From: Octopus bimaculoides
Lineage: Eukaryota
Assembly: GCF_001194135.2 (NCBI RefSeq)
Contig: NC_068981.1
Coordinates: 156,101,222 to 156,155,595 of the forward strand
Reading direction: 5' to 3'
Length of the DNA stretch: 54,374 bases
Shown piece by piece: positions 11,501-21,569 of the stretch; position 1 is the first letter of the stretch; each line of letters opens with the position of its first letter. Under the pieces are notes generated by a model. The model had not been told where the DNA came from. It was given only the letters and a program-made list of their open reading frames with translations, and did not search any database. The position numbers were made by a program, and so were the translations under genes.

Positions 11501-13631
11501 TTCGTTAGTTCGTTCGTTCGTCCGTTCTTTCGTTCTATCGTTCATATGTACGTACGGACGTTCGTTTGTTCGTTCGTATGTACGTACATTTGTTTGTTCG
11601 TGCGTACGTTCGTTCGTTTGTTCGTTCGTTCTTTCGTACGTACTTATATTCGTTAATTCGTTCGTTAAATCGTTCGTTACGCTCGTTCGTTACGCTCGTT
11701 CGTTCACTCGTTCGATCGTTTGTTCCTTCTTTCTTACGTACGAACTTTAGTTCTTTCGTTCGTTTTTTTCGTTCGTTATTTCGTTCGTTCGTTCGATCGT
11801 TCAAACGTACGTACATACTAATTTCCATCGTTCGTTCGGCCTTTCGTTCAGTACGTTCGTACGTACGTACGTTCGTTCGTTCGTTCGTTCGTTCTTTCGT
11901 TCGTACTTACGTACGTACGATTGTTCGTTCGATCTTTCGTTCGTTCGTTCGTACGTCCGTTCGTGCATTTCGTTCGTTCATACTTACCTTCGTTCTGTCG
12001 TTCGTCCGTTCGTTTGTTAGTACGCACGTCTGTACGTATGTACGTTCGTTCTTTATTACGTACGTACTTACGTACATACATACGTTCGTTAGATCAATCG
12101 TTTGTTCGTTCATTCGTACATACGTACGTTGTTTGTTAGTTCGTTCGTACCTTTACTCGTTCGAACCTACTTTCGTACGCACGTACGTTCGTTCGTTTTC
12201 TCTTTCGTTCGTTCGATCGTCCGTTCGTTAGATCATTCGTTCATTCCTTCGTACGTTCATACGTACTTCATTCGTACGTCCGAACGTCCGTTCGTTAGTT
12301 CGTTCTTTCCTTTTTTCTTTCTAACGTACATACGTACGCACGTACGTTCGTTCGTTCATTCGTTCTTTCGTTCGTTCGTTCCTTCGTTAGTTCGTACGTA
12401 CAGACCTACTTACCTACGTTCTTTCGTTCGTACGTACGTACGTTCATTCGTTAGTTCCTTTGTTCGTTCTTTCGTTCTATCGTTCGTACGTACGGACGTT
12501 CGTTTGTTCGTTCTTACCTAAGTACGTAGGTACGTACGTTCGTTCTTTCGTTCGTTCGTTCTTTCGTTCGTTCGTTCTTTCGTTCGTTCGTTCTTTCGTT
12601 CGTTCGTTCATTCTTTCCTACGTACGTAAGTACGTACGTGCGTAAGTACGTACGTGCGTAAGTACGTACGTTCCTTCGTTCGATAGTTTGTTCGTTCATT
12701 CATACGTACGTACGTTCGTTCTTTCCTTTACTCCTTCGAACTTACTTACTTACGCACGTACGTTCGTTCGTTTTCTCGTTCGTTCGTTCGATCTTTCGTT
12801 CGTTCCTTCGTTCGTTCATACATACGTACCTATTTACGTTCGTTCGTTCGTTCGTATCTTCGTACTTACGTATGTTCGATCATTCGATCGTTCGTTCGTT
12901 TGTTCGTTATTACCTATGTACGTACGTATATACTTACGCTCCTTCGTTTGTTTTTACTTTCGTTTGTTCATTCATTCCTTCCTTCAATTCGTTCGTTCGT
13001 TGTTCGCTCGTTCGTATGTACGTAAGGACGTATGTACGTTAGGACGTATGTACGTAAGGACGTATGACGTAAGGACTATGTACGTAAGGACGTATGTACG
13101 TAAGGACGTATGTACGTAAGGACGTATGTCCGAACGTTCCTTCGATAGTTCTTGCGTACGTACCTAAATATGTTCATTCGTACGTACGTTCGTACGTTCA
13201 TTCGTTCGTTCGTTCATACGGACGTATGTACATACGTTCCTTCGTTCGTTTGTGAGTGCGTACTTCCGTGCGTACGTATTTACGTACGTACGTTCGTTCG
13301 TTCGTTTGTTCGTTCGTTCGTTTGTTCTTACGTACGTACGGACGTATGTTCGTTCTATCGTTCATTAATTCGTTCGTTTCCCTCGTTCGTTCGATCGTTT
13401 ATTCGTTCGTTCTTACGTACGAACGTTCGTTCTTTCGTTCGTTCGTTTGTTCGTTCTTTCATTCGTTATTTCTTTATTTCATTCGTTCGTTCTTTCGATC
13501 GTTCACACGTACGTACATACGTAAGTTCCTTCGTTCGTTCGTTCGTTCGTTCGTTGGTCCGTTCGTGAATTTCGTTGGTTCGTACTTACGATCTTTCTGC
13601 CGTTCTTTCGATCGTCTGTTAGTACGCACGT
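2553..13631 (+). repeat. Complex tetranucleotide satellite, (CGTT)n interspersed with (CGTA)n, left arm (~11 kb including two N gaps)
   Basis: Direct observation; recurrent higher-order marker motifs. Confidence 0.97.
13015..13124 (+). repeat. ~7 tandem copies of 16-bp TATGTACGTAAGGACG inside the satellite
   Basis: Direct observation; two copies carry 1-bp deletions and one a substitution. Confidence 0.9.
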
Positions 13632-13831
13632 ACGAACGAAGGAAAGAACGATTGAACGAACGTACGTACGTACGAACGAAGGAAAGAACGATTGAACGAA
13701 CGTACGTACGTACGAACGAAGGAAAGGACGATTGAACGAACGTACGTACGTACGAACGAAGGAAAGAACGATTGAACGAACGTACGTACGTACGAACGAA
13801 GGAAAGAACGATTGAACGAACGTACGTACGT
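13632..13831 (+). repeat. Five tandem copies of a 40-bp unit at the satellite polarity switch
   Basis: ACGAACGAAGGAAAGAACGATTGAACGAACGTACGTACGT starts at 13632, 13672, 13712 (one A>G), 13752 and 13792. Confidence 0.95.
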
Positions 13832-16800
13832 AAGTACGTACGAATGAACTATCGTACGTACGTACGAACGAACGGACGACCGACCGAACAAACGAACGTA
13901 CGCACGTAAGTACGAAGGAACGAACTAAGGAACGAACGAGTGAACGAACGTACGTACGTACGAACGGAAGAAAGAACTAGGTACGAACGCACGAATGAAC
14001 GAACGAACTTAGTTACGTAGGGACCTATGAACGATCGAACGAATGAACGAACGAAAGAACGAAATAATGAACGAAAGAACGAAATAATGAACGAAAGAAC
14101 GAAAGAGCGAAACGAACGAACGAACGAACGAACGAACGAAAATAGTTTCGTACGGACATAGTTACGTACGGACGTACGAACGAACCTACGTCCGTAGGTA
14201 CGTACGTACGTACGAACGAACGAACGAACTAATTGGGTACGAATGTACGAACGAACGAACGAGCAAACGAACAAAGTTACGTACGTAGGTATGAACGTTC
14301 GTACGAACGAACGAACGAATGAACGAACTAAAGTACGAGCGTACGTACGTATTTACGAACAAACGAATGAACGAACGAATGAACGAATGAACGAAAGAAC
14401 GTACGTACGTGTGTACGTACCTAAGTACGTAGCTACGAACGAACAAACGAACGAACGTACATACATACGTAAGTACGTATGTAAGTACGAACGTAATTAC
14501 GTACGTTAGTACGAACGAACGAACGATCGAACGAATGTACGTACGTAGGTACGTACGAACGAATGAACGAACGATCGAACAAACAAACAAAAGAACGAAC
14601 GAACGAACGAACGCACGCACGTACGAAGAAACGAACTAACGAACGAAAGAATCAGCGTAGGTACGTACGTAGGTACGACCGAACGATCAATCAAACGAAC
14701 GAACGAACGAACGTACATATGTAATTACGTACGTACGTACGTACGAATGATCGATCGAATGATCGAACGAACGCACGAACGTGGGTACGTACGTATGTAC
14801 GTAGGCACGAAATATCGAATGAACGTACGTACGCACGAACGAACGAACGAACAAACGAACGAAAAAACGAACAAACGAACGAATGAACGTATGTACGTAC
14901 GTACGTAGGAAAGAGCGAATGAACGAACGTACGAACGAACGAACGAACGAACTAATGGACGAACGTACGTACAAACGAACGAATGAACATACATACGTAA
15001 TTACGTACTAACGATCGAACGAATGTATGAACTGAACGAACAAACGAACGTACGTATGTACGTACGTACGTACGTGCGAATGGACGATCGAACGAACGAA
15101 CGAATGAACGAGCGTAAGAAAGACCTAACGAACGTAAGAAAGAACTAACGAACGTAAGAAAGAACTAACGAACGAGCGAACGAACGTACGTACGTACGTA
15201 CGTAGGTACGATCGACCGAACGAACTAACGAACGAACGAACGTATGCACGTACGTACGTTCTTACGAATGAACGAACGAACGAACGAACGAACGAACATA
15301 AGTACGTACGTACGTATGAAGTGCGAACGTACGAACGTACGAACGAACGATCAAAGTAACGAACGAACGAACGAGCGAAAGAACGATCGAACGAATGTAA
15401 CTACGAACGTACGAACGACCGACCGAACGAACGAACGAACGATCGAACCAACGTACGTGCGTACGTAAGAACGAACGATCGAGCGAATAAACGTAAGTAC
15501 GTACGAACGAACGAACGAACTTACGTATGTACGTACGTATGAATAATCGAACGAAAGAACGAACGAACTATCGAACGATCGAAGGTGCATACGTACGATC
15601 GAACGAACGAACGAACGATCGAACGTACGTACGTATTTACGTTCGTACGTACCTACATACGAACGAACGGACGAACGAACATACGTACGTACGAACGAAC
15701 GAACGAACAAAGAAACGAACGAACAAAGAAACGAACGAACGTACGTACTTACGAATGAACGAACGAACGAACGAACGAACGAACGAACGAACAAACGAAT
15801 GAACGTGCGAATGTACGTGCGACCAAACGAACGAACGAACGATCGAAGGAACGTATGAACGAACGTACGTACGAACGAACAAACGAACAAACGAACGAAC
15901 GAACGAACGAACGTACGTACGAATGAACGAACGATTTGAACGAACGAAAGAACAAACGAACGAATGAAAAACAAACGAACGAACGAACGAACGAACGAAC
16001 GAACGAACGAACGTAAGTACGTACGAAAGTACGAACGAACGAACGAACGAACAAATTTACGTACGTATGTACGTATGAGCGATCGAACGAACAAACGAAC
16101 GAACGAACGTACATACATACGTACGTATGAACGAACGAACGAACGCATTTTCATACGACCGTACGTACGAACGAATGAACGAACAAACGAACGAACGTAC
16201 GCCCGAATGAACGTACGTACGAACGAACTTAAATACGCACAAATGAATGAACGTACGTACGTCCTAACGAACGAAAGAACGAACGAACGAAAGAACGAAC
16301 GAACGAAAGAACGAACGAACGAAATGTAGGAACGGACGAACGAACGAACATACGAAAGTACAAACGAACGTACATACGTTAGAATGAACGAATGAACGAA
16401 CATACGAACGAACGTACGTAAGAACGAAAGAACATACATATGTACAAAGGAATGTAGGTACGTACGTCCGCACGAACGAAGGAATGAACGAACGATATGT
16501 AGGAACTGACGAACGAACGAACGTACCTATGTACGTACGTACATACGTAAGAATGAACAATGAACGAACGAACTAACGAACGAACGAACGAATGATCGAA
16601 CGAAAAAACGAACGAACGAACGTACGTACGTACGTACGAACGACAGGCCGAACGAACGAACGAACGAACGAACGATCAACCGAACGTACATACGTACTTG
16701 CGAACGGGAGAACGAACGTAAGTACGTATGAACGAACTTACGTAAGTACGTACGTATGAATGATCAAATGAACGAACGAAAGCACTAACGAACTAACGAA

Positions 16801-17313
16801 CGAAGGAACGTACGTACGAACGAACGAACGAACGAACGAACTAACGAACGAACGAACGTACGTATGTACGTAGGCACGAAATATCGAACGAATGTACTTA
16901 CGTACGAACAAAGAAACGTAGGAACGAACGGATGTACGTGCGTACGTATATACGAAAGAACGAACGAACGAACGTACGTACGTACGTACGAACGAAGGAG
17001 CGTACGTACGTACGAACTAACGAACGTACGTACGATTGATCGAACTTCCAAACGAGAGAACGAACGATCGCACGTACGTACGTAGGACCGAACGAACAAA
17101 CCAACGTACGAACGAACGAACGAATGAATGAACGAACTTACGTAAGTACGGATGTATGAACAATCGAACGAACGAACGAACGAACGGAAGAAAGAAATAA
17201 CGAACGAAAGAACGAACGAACGAACGAACGAACGTACGTACAAATGAATGAACGTACGTACGTCCTCCGAACGAACGAAAAAACGAACGTACGTACGTAT
17301 GTACGAACGAACG
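13632..17313 (-). repeat. Same satellite in inverted orientation, (AACG)n/(TACG)n, right arm (~3.7 kb)
   Basis: Direct observation; reverse complement of the left-arm monomers. Confidence 0.97.
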
Positions 17314-17815
17314 AAACACGACCAATTTTGAACAGCACGTACACGTACATAAAGCCTTACAATTACCCATGGTTTCATATGTTGTTCACACATAAAATAC
17401 AGAACGTGAACGTAAATAAAAAGGATGCAGTTACAAAGAAAACAAAAAATAACAGAAAGGAAACCAAAACCAAGTCCAAAGTCTCTATCTTATCTGATAT
17501 GAACGAAATTGTTACAAACTCACATGTGGACGCACATACTTACATTTAAGCACGAACACATAAGTGCGGGCGCACATGCGAGCGTGCACACATACTAGCT
17601 TGCACACACTCACATGCTCATACCGAACAATTTCAAAACAACGCCAAATCATACATTCAAAATAAATGGAAGTGGAGAGACAAGTTACTGAAGAGATTGC
17701 AAGAGTGCAATGAAATGATTTAACAAAAAACTAAATACTGTTTATAATTAATGAAGGACTGAACCAGTGCGTGTGTTTATTACCGGCATAATGCCTCTCC
17801 CAAGGTTTAATTGTA
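17314..17815 (-). repeat. Right inverted arm (unique ~500-bp domain)
   Basis: AAACACGACCAATTTTG…GCCTCTCCCAAGGTTTAATTGTA is the reverse complement of 2018-2505. Confidence 0.95.
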
Positions 17816-17875
17816 TTTCTTTCAACACACGTATCCACATTAAGAATCTTGCACACGTAATACACATACGAAGTA

Positions 17876-17904
17876 TGTTTTGATAGATGTTATAAGAGTC
17901 CAGA
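17876..17904. repeat. 29-bp direct repeat, copy 1 (copy 2 at 19080-19108), each followed by (ATT)n; candidate long TSD of Dong copy 2
   Basis: TGTTTTGATAGATGTTATAAGAGTCCAGA is identical at both sites. Confidence 0.85.
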
Positions 17905-17940
<36 letters not shown>

Positions 17941-17943
<3 letters not shown>

Positions 17944-19079
17944 TAGTTTTATTTTTATAACGTGCTTTCACTGCACTAACGAGCGCAGCTCTGTGTGCCT
18001 TGGGTATATGCTGTGGTTTGCTGTAACGCTCTTATGGTTACTGTATTGAAAGTGTTTTACGTAGAATATGTGCGGTCCCTGGTAGTGCTATTTTCTGTAT
18101 GTTATATATATTTGTTAATCCTGGTGTTTTTATTATGTATTTGAATATTTTTTTATCATACCTAATACCTAAATAGTCTTCCTCTTTTCAAGGTTGCTTT
18201 GGTACATTTTTCTAAGCCAAATTTCATATTTATTTGGTAAATCCATGTACTGTCTGTTGTAATATTTCCAGCTGTTTTTCATTTGTAGCGTACAGTTTAG
18301 ATCATTCATATATAAGAGGTGGCTGATTGTTTTGCCATAACAGTTGTATCCGCATCCAGTTCTGTTTAGCATGTCAAATGAAGGTGTCAGTGCCAAGCAG
18401 AAAAGGAGTAGAGAGAGCGTATCTCTCTGGAATATTCCTCTTCTAATGGGGATGACTTTGGTTTTTATGAGTTTCTCTTTTGTTTGGAGCTGTTTCACTG
18501 TCTGCCAGTTATTCATGTAATGTTTTATATATTTTATGATTATTGGGACTACTTCGTTCATGGCTAGTGTTTCTAGGATCTATATGTGGGGAATACTAAC
18601 AAAAGCCTTTCGGTAGTCGATCCAGGCCATACTTAGAACCGTTCTTCTTTCTGTGGCTCTCTTCAGTAATGGCTCTATTGATCATTAGCTGATCTTTACA
18701 GCCGTATGAACCCTTGCAGCATCCCTTCTGCTTTTCTGGAAACAGGTTGTTTTCTTCCAGATGCTTGCTCATTCTCTGCGATATTATTGCAGTAAAGGCT
18801 TTGTGAATTGTAGGGAGACAAGTTATTGGTCTGTAATTTTGTGGGTTTAGGAATTAAGATAATTTTTCCTTCTGTGAGCCATTCACGCATTGTCTCTGGC
18901 TCTGCTAGTATATCATTAAAATTCTTAGCCAGCCTTTTAGGTGTTCCTGTCAGATATTTTAACCAGAAGTTGTGGATCTTTTCGTGCCCGGGTGCTTTCC
19001 AGTTGCTTAGTTTTTGCAGTGCCTGGGTAACCTCTTCAGTTGTTATACAGGTCCAGAGTTGTTCAGGTGCTGCGTTCGT
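17941..19079 (-). mobile_element. R4/Dong-like LINE copy 2: 5'-truncated, internally deleted, degenerate RT
   Basis: Minus-strand fragments EEVTQALQKLSNWKAPG, EWLTEGKIILIPK, AWIDYRKAF, RRGIFQRDTLSLLLFCLAL, ISHLLYMNDL and KFGLEKC are joined at ~18170 directly to the C-terminal NIYNIQKIALPGTAHILRKTLSIQ* and 3' UTR, then (AAT)n. Confidence 0.88.
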
Positions 19080-19108
19080 TGTTTTGATAGATGTTATAAG
19101 AGTCCAGA

Positions 19109-19153
<45 letters not shown>

Positions 19154-19156
<3 letters not shown>

Positions 19157-19302
19157 TAGTCTTAATTTCATCACGTGTTTTCATTTCACTACCGAGTGCA
19201 GCTCTGTGTGCCTTGGGTATGTGCTCTTATGGTTACTGTATGAAAGTGTTTTACGTAGGTTGTGTGCGGTGCCTAGTAGTGTTATTTTCTGTATGTTGTA
19301 TA

Positions 19303-19304
<2 letters not shown>
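19154..19304 (-). mobile_element. R4/Dong-like LINE copy 3: 3'-terminal ~150 bp only, between (ATT)n tracts 19109-19153 and 19305-19346
   Basis: IYNIQKITLLGTAHNLRKTLS plus a 3' UTR homologous to 17941-18100. Confidence 0.85.
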
Positions 19305-19346
<42 letters not shown>

Positions 19347-19348
<2 letters not shown>

Positions 19349-21548
19349 AAGAACGCAAACAGAAAGCGAGAAAGATTCATCAATAATTGTGAGAAGATAT
19401 ATTTTGTGATTAGCTGATGGGAGTGGACCCTTGAAGTCTACACTCAATCTCTCGAAGGGCTGAGTGGACTTAAGTTTGGCTATCGGCGACACAAAAAATC
19501 GAGGCTTTAGTTTGGCGCATGTGGGACATCAAGACATCGCAAATTTTACGTCATGGCTGGAAAATGATAGATTCTTTGACAGCACGAAATGGAGCAATCG
19601 CGTCACGTGGAAGGTAAGACCGTATATCTTCGCGACCTGTAGGAATCTTTCACAATTCTCGTGTTCTCTTCTGTTGCGCCCGCATATTGTGACGTTGTCA
19701 ACGTAGGCGAAAGTATCCGCTAGGTTTGTTTGTTTGATAAGATTAACAATGATACGTTGAAAACAAGCTATACCATTTGTAACTCCGAACAGTATACAAC
19801 GGAATTGGTACAGGTTCCCACATGCTTCAAATGCTGTAAATTTTTTCTCATCTTCGCGTATAGGGATATGATGACAAGCACTCTTAAAATAGAAAGTAGA
19901 GAATATCTCGTAGTGAGTTATTTTCTCAGCCAGTTAATTGATACGCGGCATAGGGTAAGCGTCAAGTTGTGTGTATCGATTAATTGTTTGGCTATAATAG
20001 ATTACCATTCGTCTTTTGTGTAATTCATCACTAGTGACTAAAACTTTCGACGAATTTCTGATCCGGCAATGACAGGCGCCTGGATTCAGTAGCAATAGGT
20101 TTGGAATGTGCTAAAAGCGACCTGAATAGTGTAAGAGCGTCAACGTGAGCCGCTATCAAGCCACAAAGTGAAAATGGTGGCCTTCCCCCCGCCACACACA
20201 CACACACACACGCACGCACAAAGGCTATATTTACTTGTTCATGCTGTTTCGAAGAATCGTACCCAAGTAAAACATCTGAGCAAAGCTCAGGTACAAGTGA
20301 AAGCTTCACATTGGGGTAATCATTGTTACGATTGATTAATTTGACAAAACTGACTTCGTGTAAAGCTGGACAAGTGACTATCAAAATCAAAGTGTCTGAT
20401 GGATGGATACGCCGACCATGTGACTGTACAATATGAAATGATATATAACTTTCGGAGCTTCCAATATTAAACCAGAGCAAAAAACGATAATGCCGGAAGA
20501 GCTGCAGAGAATATGGCAGACAATGTGGAATCGGAATACGTAACAATGCATTTGTTCGTGCGAGGCAATTGACACACCCGCTGGAAGTGATCGACTTTGT
20601 TGCAGGCTTTAGATGTTGCTCCCCGAGTTGGGCACTTGGAGTGTGGGTGTTTGCTGTAACTACAGAAAAAAAATATTTAGTTGTGGCGGCCGCTAAATTG
20701 GCGTCGGGTACAGTGTCGTGTTTCGGGCTGGGAGGGCATGCAGCACAGGATTCATTAGGGGGTCCGACTGACTTTAAGTAACTTGAAGATTGAGCCTCTG
20801 CCTTCTCCAGCGTCCGTGCTTGGATGAAGGCCCAGCCGAGATCTAGGTTGTCCTGCTCCAACAACCTCTGGCGTATGCTACTAGAATGCATGTCACTTAT
20901 GAAAGCATCTCTTACAGCTTCGTTGAGATGTTCAGTAGCTGAAACAGCTTTCTATCCACAGTCTTTCGCCAAAAGTTTGAGCTTCTGGAGGTATTGATCT
21001 AAACTTTGTCCGTACTCTGCTTACAAGTGTATAACAGGTGATGTGCATACACTACATTCTTTGGTTTTACATGTAGTGAGGTAAGAACGTCAAGGGCTCT
21101 GTTGTACGTGTTGCAGTTCGCGATATATTCAAACATGTCGAGGCCGATGTGATTGGCGAGCAGGTGGAATTTACCCTCTTCTGCCACATTAAGCTAGTCT
21201 AGGTAGTTGGTAAAAGTAGAATGCCAATGCCTCTACAGTTTTCTGGCAGTAGGTGAGGCCAGGTCGATGTCGAAACGCTCGGAGCATAGTGCTTTGTCCA
21301 TTTAGAAGAGTAAATTGTAGTAGTGTAGCAATTCTCAATTTCTTTAATGCAGGAGGTTGAAAAGATTGGCTGTAAGTAAAATATACTCTTCTAAGAACGA
21401 GAGTACAGTATCCGTCAGTAGTAGCTTTAGTCATGAACCAAGCTGGTCAGCAGACAGCAATGTTTAAATACCATCCATAAGCCTCGTTTTCATTCCAAAG
21501 CCTCGTTTTCAACTGGCTGAAGTAATATTAACAGTAGTGAATATAACA
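19347..21548 (-). mobile_element. Ty3/Gypsy LTR retrotransposon relic 1 (gag-pro-RT-INT; RNase H deleted; integrase core truncated at the TAA tract)
   Basis: Minus strand: gag from ATG at 21301 (MDKALCSERFDID…), degenerate zinc knuckles (~20580-20680), protease-like IGSSESYI, RT (TQLDAYPMPRI…KSACHHIPI…LFGVTNG…FAYVDNVTICG) and integrase (CPTCAKLKPRF…QPFERLSVDFKGPLPS…LLTIIDE). Stops and frameshifts are present. Confidence 0.9.
21316..21548 (-). repeat. Candidate 5' LTR of Gypsy relic 1
   Basis: Minus strand starts TGTTATA and ends ACTACA, with an ATTAAA near the 3' end, just upstream of gag. No partner LTR is available to confirm it. Confidence 0.4.
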
Positions 21549-21569
21549 CGTATAGCTATAGTAATAATA

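Larger units (their letters stand above)
2018..17815. mobile_element. Giant foldback-like element: long terminal inverted repeats enclosing two oppositely oriented satellite arrays, no coding capacity
   Basis: 2018-2505 is the reverse complement of 17314-17815. The interior is entirely CGTT/CGTA-type satellite that flips polarity at ~13630. Both ends stop at a TA dinucleotide. The structure is seen directly; that it is a mobile element is inference. Confidence 0.7.

Noticed and set aside
13632-13831. CRISPR-like regular 40-bp repeats
   Set aside because: Head-to-tail copies with no unique spacers, no cas genes, eukaryotic context.
2553-17313. Head-to-head telomere fusion or breakage-fusion-bridge scar (GT-rich strands point to the centre)
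   Set aside because: The monomer is not TTAGGG-like, and inverted homology ends after ~490 bp of flank rather than continuing outward.
2448-17549. Dozens of long ORFs (RSFV/YVRT/TNER-rich, up to 811 aa)
   Set aside because: They are translations of stop-poor 4-bp repeats in all frames, some running through N gaps; no domain content.
17735-17900. Minus-strand peptide YVCKILNV…ERHYAGNKH resembling a matrin-type zinc finger across the right foldback boundary
   Set aside because: Second Cys absent, spacing wrong, and no start or splice support; likely chance.
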